Assembly (NCBI GenBank): GCA_963706595.1
Contig: OY970166.1
Span: 3,584,001-3,648,000, forward strand
Source of the DNA: an uncultured cyanobacterium
Lineage (GTDB): Bacteria > Cyanobacteriota > Cyanobacteriia > Cyanobacteriales > Nostocaceae
Length of the DNA stretch: 64,000 nt
Direction: 5' to 3'
Shown piece after piece: positions 8,501 to 16,817 of the stretch (positions within the stretch are counted from its first letter, which is position 1; the number at the start of each line of letters is the position of its first letter). A program made the translations under genes and the position numbers. Under the pieces are notes generated by a model that had not been told where the DNA came from, ran no database searches, and saw only the letters and a list, made by a program, of their open reading frames with translations.

Positions 8501-10798
8501 CCCAAAATCTTGATACTGTTTTAAAGTTGTAATTTTCTCAGTTTGCAACTGCATCCCCACAAGTTGCAACTCAATTGGGCGTACCTCCCCAATCTTCCCC
8601 GCTAAATCCTGCACTAATTGGTCAATTAAAGCAGCTTCTAAAGAAGATTGATTTCTAGTTTCCTCTGCAATCACACCTTCTAAACCAACGCTACCACTTA
8701 AAGCAGAGTTCAAAGCCTCTCTCCTCGTAGGAGAGAGGTTTGGAGAGAGGTTTTGTCGAGTCAAAGTTTCAATAACAGTCGTAGCATCTTCCGGTGAAAA
8801 ATTACCCAAATAATAGCGAATATTTTTAGCCAGAATATTATTATTAATTACCCCTAAATCAAACAGCCGTTCTAACTCTAATAAATAATGTAAATAATCT
8901 TCTCGTAAAGACAGAATCACCTTCACAAAAGGAATATCTAAACAAATATGTAGGAACTCATAAAAACTGCGCCTATCACCTTGGTCTGGATAAACAAAGA
9001 AAAACTCTTCAAATTGGTCAAAAATTAACACCGTTAACAGATTGCGGTCAGCATTTTTTCGCAACTCTGCCACAATAGCATCTGGAGAATTGAGAGAACT
9101 AGCATTTAACGACTGAATATTTGATTTCAAACACTGTCCCAACATTTCCACCCAATTTGTGTAAACTCGCAACAAAATAGGTAGAACATCACGTCCCTCA
9201 ATTGGTTTTTGTTGCAATGCAGGTATTAAACCACCTTGTAAAATTGAACTTTTACCCACACCTGACTGACCATGAATTACAGTCAATTTATGCTCAGTCC
9301 CGCTAATTCTTTCCCGCAATCGCTTCACATCTTGACTCCGACCAGAAGCGGCTATTTCTTGAGCTACACTATCTGTATTTTCTATTTGTAACTGTGCCGG
9401 ATTTATAGCTTGTTTCTGGGGATTTAAATAAGATGCACCCACAAAAGCCCGAAATCCATATTGATGTTCAATTTGTAATTGTTCTTGCTTGAGATTAAAA
9501 GCTAAACGATATTCATTTTTGTTAAAGTAGAGTAAACGTAATCTTTCTAAAATCAAGATATATAATTGCGGATCATATTGCGGATTACTTGCAGTTTTGG
9601 CAATTTCTAAATGCTCAATTGCGGCTGTAACTTCACCTAAACCCTGATCAGCACAAGCTAAAATAAATTGATATAAACTAAGTTCATAAGGTGCTAAACT
9701 AGAGATATCATTTAATATTTGCAGTGCATTATTCGCCAATTTCCTCGCATCTTGCCAGCGTGACTCTTGTAGCGCTACCTCTGCCAAAAAGCCATGATCT
9801 TGTGCTAATTGTCGGAGAGTGCCATATTCTTCATGTAGTGGCAGAGCTTTTTCAGCTAGGCTTTGTAAATCTGACCATGCTGTTAAATGTCGCAGCGCTT
9901 CACCCAAATGATTAATATATTTAGCGCTTAAATCTAGACGCTGTATTTCCTCAAAAATTTCTAAAGCATCTTGCAGATAATTTCTCGCAGTTTCCCAAGA
10001 TATTTGATTATCTAAGGGATTAATTACAGCTTGCCGAGAATAGAGTAAACCAATATGAATTAAAACTATACCTTGGCGTTCTTTGAAATCATTTATTGTT
10101 CGCCATCTAGTCAAACTTTGCTGATAATGTACTAAAGCCAAATCAAGTTTATCATAAAGATAATCATGAAATCCCAAGACAAATTCCAGACTAGCGGTAA
10201 TAGCAAAATTTAAAACTTCCCTACGCTGTTTTAAATCCTGATGAGCAGATTTTAATTCCTGGCAAATTTGCAGAGTGGGACGCACATCACCAGTAAATAC
10301 TTCACCAGTTGTTTGGCGTAATAAATTAAATAACTCAGGGGTAGGAGTTTCAAACTCAATAATACTAGCCCAATTTTCCAAATCTGCGGCTAACCGAATC
10401 AACTTTTGCAGAGTTTGGTCATTCACCCACAACAAAATAGGGAAAGGAAATTGTTTACTAAATTGCTCCCGCACTCGGTTAGCCGCAGTCAGAACCGTAT
10501 CAATATCTTTAACTGATTCCAACCCAAAAACCATTAAAGCTGGTGGTTGTTCATCTCCCAGTTGTTCTTTAATAGCCGTGTAAAGAGTTTTCACAGATGC
10601 AGGTAAAGTAATTTCGCGAATTTGTACAGGAGATAATTGGTGCAGTCGTTCAACCATACGCTGACGCAAAACCGCATAATTACAGCGCAATAAAATCAGT
10701 GAAAATTCACCTTCAGATAAGGTAATTGCTCTCACCAAACTTTGCAATGATTGCTGATTATCAACTTCTAAATTTTCCGGTTCATGCTGATTACTCAT
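5516..10798 (-). CDS. Large STAND-class NTPase: degenerate P-loop N-terminus, TPRs, STAND ATPase, TM helix, coiled coil, 14 WD40 repeats
   Basis: Walker A HGQSGVGKSS, Walker B LIFDQFEEFF, LSLREDY, YQLVHDYL; hydrophobic LSVFLLIVSGMASVYAVI; 14 x GHQG...SFSPDG...ATAS.D.TARLW. Confidence 0.93.
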   Translation of the reverse strand: MSNQHEPENLEVDNQQSLQSLVRAITLSEGEFSLILLRCNYAVLRQRMVERLHQLSPVQIREITLPASVKTLYTAIKEQLGDEQPPALMVFGLESVKDIDTVLTAANRVREQFSKQFPFPILLWVNDQTLQKLIRLAADLENWASIIEFETPTPELFNLLRQTTGEVFTGDVRPTLQICQELKSAHQDLKQRREVLNFAITASLEFVLGFHDYLYDKLDLALVHYQQSLTRWRTINDFKERQGIVLIHIGLLYSRQAVINPLDNQISWETARNYLQDALEIFEEIQRLDLSAKYINHLGEALRHLTAWSDLQSLAEKALPLHEEYGTLRQLAQDHGFLAEVALQESRWQDARKLANNALQILNDISSLAPYELSLYQFILACADQGLGEVTAAIEHLEIAKTASNPQYDPQLYILILERLRLLYFNKNEYRLAFNLKQEQLQIEHQYGFRAFVGASYLNPQKQAINPAQLQIENTDSVAQEIAASGRSQDVKRLRERISGTEHKLTVIHGQSGVGKSSILQGGLIPALQQKPIEGRDVLPILLRVYTNWVEMLGQCLKSNIQSLNASSLNSPDAIVAELRKNADRNLLTVLIFDQFEEFFFVYPDQGDRRSFYEFLHICLDIPFVKVILSLREDYLHYLLELERLFDLGVINNNILAKNIRYYLGNFSPEDATTVIETLTRQNLSPNLSPTRREALNSALSGSVGLEGVIAEETRNQSSLEAALIDQLVQDLAGKIGEVRPIELQLVGMQLQTEKITTLKQYQDFGTKENLVEGFLESVIKDCGAENERAARLILYLLTDENGTRPLKTRAELTAKLAAETDRLDLILDIFVQSGLVLLLPESPADRYQLVHDYLVSFVRQQQDNELLAKLALAEEQLKQEQEAKKILAAANQEAEAKIREGQKRFKISSRLSVFLLIVSGMASVYAVIQVGTASKANENQQQAERKLTKTEGDYRRTTQNLQETERKQAELQRTARDLEIKSKDAEAKFKDAQKENIKATQNLAAAKTDLEKVNQQAAALEKKNAEAEARIKTATERVRTADEKAQQAQQQQQQAESQVAQAEITLKQAQEAQQTAKQAAQLAQAAQQEAQKGTELERAGVNAIRQFEFTPLEGLVTAVKTGKELKTLVKDNRPLDEYPAISPIYALHTILSDIKERNQFHGHQGRVFSVSFSPDGKTIATASSDGTARLWTLNGQLLQEFKGHQGIVRSVSFSPDGKTIATASSDGTARLWTLDGQMLQEFKGHQGIVRSVSFSPDGKTIATASDDRTARLWTLDGQLLQELKGHQGEIISVSFSPDGKTIATASSDGTARLWTLDGQLLQELKGHQGEIISVSFSPDGKTIATASSDRTARLWTLNGQLLQEFKGHQGEINSVSFSPDGKTIATASSDRTARLWTLNGQLLQEFKGHQGEINSVSFSPDGKTIATASSDRTARLWTLNGQLLQEFKGHQGEINSVSFSPDGKTIATASFDQTARLWTLDGQLLQEFKGHQGWVWSVSFSPDGKTIATASSDQTARLWTLDGQLLQEFKGHQGWVWSVSFSPDGKTIATASSDQTARLWTLDGQLLQEFKGHQGEIISVSFSPDGKTIATASSDQTAWLWTLDGQLLQEFKGHQGWVWSVSFSPDGKTIATASSDRTARLWTLDGQLLQEFKGHQGIVYSVSFSPDGKTIATASSDRTARLWTLNGQLLQEFKGHQGEINSVSFSPDGKTIATASDDRTARLWPVESLDELLVRGCAWLDDYLQHNSNLSEDERGICQ
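5620..7318 (-). repeat. Array of 14 near-identical 123-bp WD40-coding repeats
   Basis: 41-aa period; DNA is nearly invariant apart from a few codon positions. Confidence 0.97.
8716..8750. repeat. Palindromic dispersed repeat inside the STAND-WD40 gene
   Basis: CCTCTCTCCT-CGT-AGGAGAGAGG hairpin followed by TTTGGAGAGAGG, translated as NLSPNLSPTRREA. Confidence 0.7.
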
Positions 10799-10823
10799 AT
10801 AGCAATCCTATTTGAATGGTATT

Positions 10824-10856
10824 AGATCCCCGACTTCTTTGAGAAGTCGGGGATCT
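10824..10856. repeat. Perfect 15-bp-arm palindrome (REP-like) between the ATPase and STAND-WD40 genes
   Basis: AGATCCCCGACTTCT-TTG-AGAAGTCGGGGATCT. Confidence 0.85.
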
Positions 10857-10872
10857 GGGTCACGCGACTACT

Positions 10873-12174
10873 CTAACTCTCCTCGTTTGCTGCCAAAATC
10901 GGATTGATATCAAACCAGGAACCTTCCTCATTACGATATTCAAATACAAACATACTGCGGAGCAAAAGTTCGTATTTCTCATCACCTCTAAAGCTTTTGC
11001 GTTCAGTCACCTCACTGAGTAATTCCCACTCATCTTCAGTAATAGCCAAACTTAGCTCATTACACCTTTGTTTTATCACTTTTTCCACGCACTCACGGGA
11101 CAAAGGTGGGTCTTCTCTCTGCACACAGCGAAATAATAACATCAACAAGTTACGCAGATGACCACCGCTAACTCGGCACAGTCGCTCTAAACTATCAGCC
11201 TCCTCAAATACCTCTGTAATTAAATGCTGGCTTTGTTCCCAACTCACTTCAGGAAATGCTCTAGCCATGACCATCTGTTGCAGTAGTGTAATTCCTGGGA
11301 GAAAATCACCCCCATGACGGAACTTAACCGGAACCATTGGCAAAACTTTCGGGTCTACCCCAAACCGATTTGTTAACCTTCCTAAAGCGTTGGAAAAAAT
11401 TAATACTAGGGGAATTGTGTAGACAACATGACAATTTAACTGGTTTAGCTGTTCGCCACGTTCCACAAACAGATATTCTGGCTGGTAATAGGAACCCCCT
11501 GGTTTCATAGAATTATCTATGCGGTCAAGGTTATCAACTATCACCACCAGTCCTTCTTTACCTTGCTGCTTCAGTCGTTCTATGGCAGGTTTGAGCAATT
11601 CTTGGTTAATTGATTCTAAAATGCCGTTAGTGCGCGGTTCTAAATATTGCCGTAATTGCGATCGCAGTTTTGGACTATCTTTAGTTTTAGCTGTAATCTT
11701 GCCAATACCCACAGATAACTCGGCTTCTACGCCAATATCTAACGGTGTTTGTAAAAAATCGACAATTTCCTTAAATAAAGTTTGAAAATATCCCGGTTTG
11801 AGGTTAATTGTAATTGCTTCCAGACTTAGACTGACTTCTCTAGCTATAGCCAATAAAATATCTGTAATATCCACATCTGCCATATCCAGGCTATGGCTAG
11901 ATTCAAAGTAAACTACATGAAACCCCTGCTTTTCTAATTCTTTTTTCAGTCGCAGCAGTTCAGTAGACTTACCACAACCAATATGTCCTGTAAATAATTG
12001 ACAGGTAGGTTCATCAGGAGAGAGACGGGTAATAGTCCGCCCTAGTTCTTCAATAATCTTGGCACCACGTACTTCAGAAAAATCAATATAATACTGTAGG
12101 TCTTCAGGTTTGCTGACTACCAGTGTTTTGGCAGGGTTGCACGCCTTAAAAAATTTACTTACATTCAGTTTCAT
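10873..12174 (-). CDS. P-loop ATPase (KAP/STAND-like), partner of the downstream STAND-WD40 gene
   Basis: Walker A GHIGCGKS, Walker B VVIVDNLD, SGGHLR; stop codon 74 bp before the start of the WD40 gene, same strand. Confidence 0.9.
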   Translation of the reverse strand: MKLNVSKFFKACNPAKTLVVSKPEDLQYYIDFSEVRGAKIIEELGRTITRLSPDEPTCQLFTGHIGCGKSTELLRLKKELEKQGFHVVYFESSHSLDMADVDITDILLAIAREVSLSLEAITINLKPGYFQTLFKEIVDFLQTPLDIGVEAELSVGIGKITAKTKDSPKLRSQLRQYLEPRTNGILESINQELLKPAIERLKQQGKEGLVVIVDNLDRIDNSMKPGGSYYQPEYLFVERGEQLNQLNCHVVYTIPLVLIFSNALGRLTNRFGVDPKVLPMVPVKFRHGGDFLPGITLLQQMVMARAFPEVSWEQSQHLITEVFEEADSLERLCRVSGGHLRNLLMLLFRCVQREDPPLSRECVEKVIKQRCNELSLAITEDEWELLSEVTERKSFRGDEKYELLLRSMFVFEYRNEEGSWFDINPILAANEES

Positions 12175-12252
12175 GACAATTTAGCCGAAATCAGCCTAAT
12201 ACTACTGCCTTTTACGTGATTATATAATTGCTCATGCGCTATTTCGGAATTT

Positions 12253-13122
12253 ATGACCAAACCCGCAGATGTTAGCACCAAAAAGTTAATTAGCCTCGCA
12301 CCCGACAACTGGGTAAAATGGGTGACACAAATTCCTGATGTCACAGCAACCGAAATACTAAATTCAGAATTTCAATGGATAAGTAGAGAAAGTGATGTTT
12401 TAATTCGCGTTGCCAGTCCTCAAGTTGGAGAATTTCTCGTTCTCAATGAATTACAATTACGCTATCAGCCACAAATGCCTCGTCGAATGCGTGCTTATGT
12501 CGGACTTGCAGAAGAAAAATATAATTTACCGATCTACCCCGTATTAATTAATATTCTCAAAGTCAGTAACGCGCAAATACCATCAACGTACACATCAAAT
12601 ATTGCAGGGTTGCAAGCACGCCAAGATTACCGCGTGATTAATTTATGGGAAGTAGATGTAAATATTGCTTTTCAACAACCATTACCGTCATTACTGCCAT
12701 TTGTTCCTATACTCAAAGGCGGTGAAAACGAATCTACAATTAGAGAAGCATTACAAGTTTTGCGTGCAGATGAGCAATTAAACCAACTGGAAACAGTGTT
12801 AGCTTTTTTTGCAACCTTTGTACTAGACAGCGCCTTAGTTCAAGAAATCATGAGGTGGGATATGGCTGTATTACACGAATCGCCTTGGTATCAAGAAATT
12901 TTACGCGAGGGTGAAAAACGCGGCGAGAAACGGGGTGAAGAACGCGGCGAGGGACGTGGATTGAAAAATGGTATTGAGTTAGCGTTAGAGATTAAATTTG
13001 GCACTCCTGGCTTGGAATTAATGCCAATTATCTCGCAAATCCATGATTTACAACAATTAAAGGCAGTTCAACAGGCGATCAAAACGTCAAATACAGTTGA
13101 GGAATTAAAACAAGTTTTTTGA
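12253..13122 (+). CDS. Rpn family recombination-promoting nuclease / putative transposase
   Basis: RESDVL...ELQ PD-(D/E)xK-like core, MPRRMRAY, ESPWYQEI followed by (GEKR)n repeats. Confidence 0.85.
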   Translation: MTKPADVSTKKLISLAPDNWVKWVTQIPDVTATEILNSEFQWISRESDVLIRVASPQVGEFLVLNELQLRYQPQMPRRMRAYVGLAEEKYNLPIYPVLINILKVSNAQIPSTYTSNIAGLQARQDYRVINLWEVDVNIAFQQPLPSLLPFVPILKGGENESTIREALQVLRADEQLNQLETVLAFFATFVLDSALVQEIMRWDMAVLHESPWYQEILREGEKRGEKRGEERGEGRGLKNGIELALEIKFGTPGLELMPIISQIHDLQQLKAVQQAIKTSNTVEELKQVF

Positions 13123-13258
13123 TCAAAAATGTTAAGGCTGGGCAAAGATGCCCAGCCCACAATATGGATAATTTATTTCTGGGAAATCTCTAATACAGTA
13201 AGGAATGCGGATTTAATAAAATACATAACCTCACCCCCAACCCCTCTCCTTACTAAGG

Positions 13259-14851
13259 CTATCCATTACCCACATCTTTCTTAACATGACTGTAAGCTAG
13301 ACTGTGTAGGGATGATAGAAGTTTCTAAGTCAGCGCGATCGCCTGTGGAGAGGGTTTGCCGATGTTTAAGCAGAAACATCAAGTGGAGAAGCGGGATGGA
13401 GAAGTTTCCAGGTAGCGGCGATATCGTGTAATCGCCGTAGACCCCGCCAAATAGTTTTAACTCCCGGCTCACCATCTCCATTGCGAGCCAGAAAGCCGCC
13501 GAGAGTGGCAATCATTCGCACGGCTTCTCGTAAAGACGGAGGTTTTTTTGGTGGTATGGGATTCTTGTTGACAGTGGCACATAAAGATTGCCATTCATCA
13601 GTTTCTAAAACGGTATTAGAGGGTAAATCAGGGTGAACTCGTGAGGAGTAAGTTAGCCATAACAAACGCCAAGCGACAACAGTATAAGTGGCTAGTGCCA
13701 TATTGATGCGGTCAGCAGTGGACAATTGTAATTGCTCAATTCTACACCCACTTTTTAAAGTGTAATGATAGCGTTCTATCAACCAACGATAAGTGTACCA
13801 TTGCACACAACGTGCGGCATCCTGTAAGTTATGAATCTCAAGGCTGGTGAGCAATAACCAACTAATAGGATTGATTCCGGGTGGTGAATGATCTTCTGAT
13901 GCCAGAATTACTTGTAACTTTACAGGTTTTAGCTGTGAACGCCCGATATGATGTGATGGGACTTGGATATCAACACTAGTGAATCGAATTGTGAGTATCG
14001 CTTTTCTAGCACTATGTTCTGGACTACGTTTGACCTCTGCTGTCAGTGTTCCATGGGGTTCAATTTGGCGGATTGCTTGATGTAAATACTTGGCACAGTG
14101 GTCAACTTTGCGGTTGTGAGTCCCACGGATTAACAAATGGGAATTTTCTGAACGTTTGAGATTAAATAGGTCAAATATATCTGCTTCTGAGTCCCCTATT
14201 GTCACTACTTGAATCTCTGATGGGACAGAATTTTGTGTCACATCTAATCCATCTAACCAGCGCTGACTTTCTTTTAAAAGTGTTTCCCTTTGACGACGTT
14301 TTTTCGCTATGCCCAAATTTTCGGGTGGTCTAGCCCATACCTGCTGTTCCAGAATTCCTAACGGCACTCCATTACTTGTAGCTGCAAATGTTGAATGTAC
14401 TTTCAATCCTGATGATTGACGATGGTCAAGATAACCCACTCCTTTCGTTTTGGGGTGGTCTGTTAAATCTATGTTGGTTGTGTCTTGAATCGCTAAGACT
14501 ATTTGATGTTCTTTGATTCTTTCGATTGTGCTGTCTATATGCCCTTGACGAATTTCACTGGCGGGAAAATATGGTGATTTCCAAAAGTTATATACTGCTT
14601 TGGTTGCTGCCATATTTCCACTTGCTTGTGGTACGCTACAATCTGGCTGTGCGGCTAAGTCCTCTACTATCTTGATTAACCGCTTGTTTCGACGAACGTC
14701 TCCTAGGTCTACCCCAGACAGTTCCTTGGCTGCCCACTTTTCCATGATTCCATTACCCGATTCTGTTCTCTCCACACTATACTTAGCAAGCTTTTTCCGC
14801 TTATGTTAAGTATCTTGTTTGATTGTTAAGAAAGATGCGGGTAATGGATAG
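13259..14851 (-). mobile_element. Complete IS4-family (IS50/Tn5-like) insertion sequence, 1593 bp
   Basis: 28-bp TIRs CTATCCATTACCC(A/G)CATCTTTCTTAACA with 1 mismatch; 9-bp target duplication TTACTAAGG at 13250-13258 and 14852-14860. Confidence 0.96.
13366..14775 (-). CDS. IS4-family DDE transposase
   Basis: WA..EL..DLGD.RR.KRL N-terminus, IQDTT, GDSEAD, YREK motif YRWLIERYHYTLKSG, LGGFL.R..DGEPG..TIWRG dimerisation tail. Confidence 0.96.
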   Translation of the reverse strand: MERTESGNGIMEKWAAKELSGVDLGDVRRNKRLIKIVEDLAAQPDCSVPQASGNMAATKAVYNFWKSPYFPASEIRQGHIDSTIERIKEHQIVLAIQDTTNIDLTDHPKTKGVGYLDHRQSSGLKVHSTFAATSNGVPLGILEQQVWARPPENLGIAKKRRQRETLLKESQRWLDGLDVTQNSVPSEIQVVTIGDSEADIFDLFNLKRSENSHLLIRGTHNRKVDHCAKYLHQAIRQIEPHGTLTAEVKRSPEHSARKAILTIRFTSVDIQVPSHHIGRSQLKPVKLQVILASEDHSPPGINPISWLLLTSLEIHNLQDAARCVQWYTYRWLIERYHYTLKSGCRIEQLQLSTADRINMALATYTVVAWRLLWLTYSSRVHPDLPSNTVLETDEWQSLCATVNKNPIPPKKPPSLREAVRMIATLGGFLARNGDGEPGVKTIWRGLRRLHDIAATWKLLHPASPLDVSA

Positions 14852-14976
14852 TTACTAAGGAGAGGGGAGACTTTGACGCACGTTAAAGGCGGGGTGAGGT
14901 CAAAAACTAGAATTTGGATGTTATTTAATTCATATTCCTAACTACCATTCAAAGCCTTTTGATTTTCGCCTTGCGC

Positions 14977-16068
14977 TTAAAATCCCATTGCTTTGGCTAC
15001 TGCACCCAATTCAGCATCAATGCCTTGTTTAAATTGGCTATGACTGTGCTTAATCGCGGTATCTGGGTCTTTTAAACCATTTCCTGTGAGGACACAAACC
15101 ACTGTCGCACCTGTGGGAACTTGGTCTTTAACCTGCAATAAACCGGCTACAGAGGCAGCACTGGCGGGTTCACAGAAAATACCTTCTGATGATGCCAAAA
15201 GTCTATAAGCATCTAGTATTTCTTCGTCTGTAACGGCTTTGAAGCAGCCTTGACTGGCAGATTGGGCGGCGATCGCTTTATCCCAACTCGCAGGGTTGCC
15301 AATGCGGATAGCGGTGGCGATGGTTTCAGGATGGGAAACTGGCTGTCCATTCACTAGAGGGGCTGCACCTGCGGCTTGGAATCCCATCATTCTGGGCAAG
15401 CGATCGCACTTTCCAGCTTGATGATATTGACAAAACCCCATCCAATATGCTGTGATGTTTCCCGCATTACCCACTGGGATACACAACCAATCTGGCGCAT
15501 TACCCAAAGCATCAACAACTTCAAATGCTCCGGTTTTTTGCCCTTCCAAACGGTAGGGATTTACAGAATTAACTAAAGTTATAGGATAGCTTTCTGCCAT
15601 TTCGCGGACAATTTCCAGCGCCCGGTCAAAGTTGCCTTTAATTGCTAAAACTTCCGCACCATATAACAAAGCCTGTGCTAACTTACCCAGCGCCACATAG
15701 CCATCGGGTATGAGTACAAAAGGTTTCATCCCGCCACGTTTAGCATAAGCTGCGGCGGCGGCTGAGGTGTTGCCTGTACTGGCACAAATTACCGCTTTCG
15801 CCCCAGCTTCCTTCGCCTTGGAAATTGCCATAGTCATTCCCCGGTCTTTGAAGCTACCAGTGGGATTCAGACCATCGTATTTCACATACACTTTGACTTG
15901 TCTGCCAATACGTTCTGCGATCGCCAGCACCGGAATCAAGGGCGTATTACCCTCTAATAAGGTCACAACGGGCGTGGTTTCGCTTACAGGCAAGTACTCA
16001 CGGTAGGCTTCTATCAGTCCGGGCCAGGGTTGGCGATAAGATTTAGCAACAGACAAACTCACAGTCAC
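14977..16068 (-). CDS. thrC: Threonine synthase
   Basis: PLP lysine motif [32 protein letters not shown]. Confidence 0.97.
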   Translation of the reverse strand: MTVSLSVAKSYRQPWPGLIEAYREYLPVSETTPVVTLLEGNTPLIPVLAIAERIGRQVKVYVKYDGLNPTGSFKDRGMTMAISKAKEAGAKAVICASTGNTSAAAAAYAKRGGMKPFVLIPDGYVALGKLAQALLYGAEVLAIKGNFDRALEIVREMAESYPITLVNSVNPYRLEGQKTGAFEVVDALGNAPDWLCIPVGNAGNITAYWMGFCQYHQAGKCDRLPRMMGFQAAGAAPLVNGQPVSHPETIATAIRIGNPASWDKAIAAQSASQGCFKAVTDEEILDAYRLLASSEGIFCEPASAASVAGLLQVKDQVPTGATVVCVLTGNGLKDPDTAIKHSHSQFKQGIDAELGAVAKAMGF

Positions 16069-16518
16069 AGGCTTTAAAAGTTTTTAACTAAGGATTGGGA
16101 TGAAGGAGCGCTGCATTGGCCAGGGAAAAAACTTAATTTCTCCTTTTTAGGTCTATTTCCTAGATTTTCCATTCTAGAAGAATATGATCTATCTTTAAGG
16201 CCAACGTCTCACGGATAATTTTTATTTTATGTGGAATGCCAACTTATGGTCACTATCAACAGGAGTCGATAGTCGAAGAGATAATAATATCATTTTTCGG
16301 TAAATTCACCGCCGCTAACAACCTGATCCTAGCTTGAGAGGAAGTCTGTGATAAATTTCTGTATGGAACATAGCCCACAGAATTACCGTCACTTATGGAT
16401 ACACCAGTAACCTATAAGGTTATATGATGTAAACTATACAAGTATTTAACAAACCTTAAACTTATATTATTATGGTGTTTACCAATGGTGTGAGTTGAGT
16501 TGTGGATTTTAGTTAACA

Positions 16519-16707
16519 ATGCCTACCTATTCATCTAGTGTTTCTGAACGCCCCTCCCAGACCCTCTGGGTTAGCGATGTCACAAAGTCTTATTATCAAG
16601 ATGACCAAGAAGCGAAACTTAAGCACCTGCAAGCAGAGGTAGATTCTCTATTGCAGCAATTGCAAAACCTTAAAGAACAAAGGCAATCGGATCATCACCC
16701 AGAATAA
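16519..16707 (+). CDS. Small hypothetical coiled-coil protein (62 aa)
   Basis: ATG ORF with amphipathic LKHLQAEVDSLLQQLQNL, filling an intergenic gap. Confidence 0.65.
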   Translation: MPTYSSSVSERPSQTLWVSDVTKSYYQDDQEAKLKHLQAEVDSLLQQLQNLKEQRQSDHHPE

Positions 16708-16817
16708 TCAAATCATTGACAGCGATCGCTAATCAGTGAACAGTGAACAGTAAACAGTTATCACCCCGATTGAGTCAGGGACACCAAACCAAATTATGTT
16801 TCTTAACTGAGAACTGA

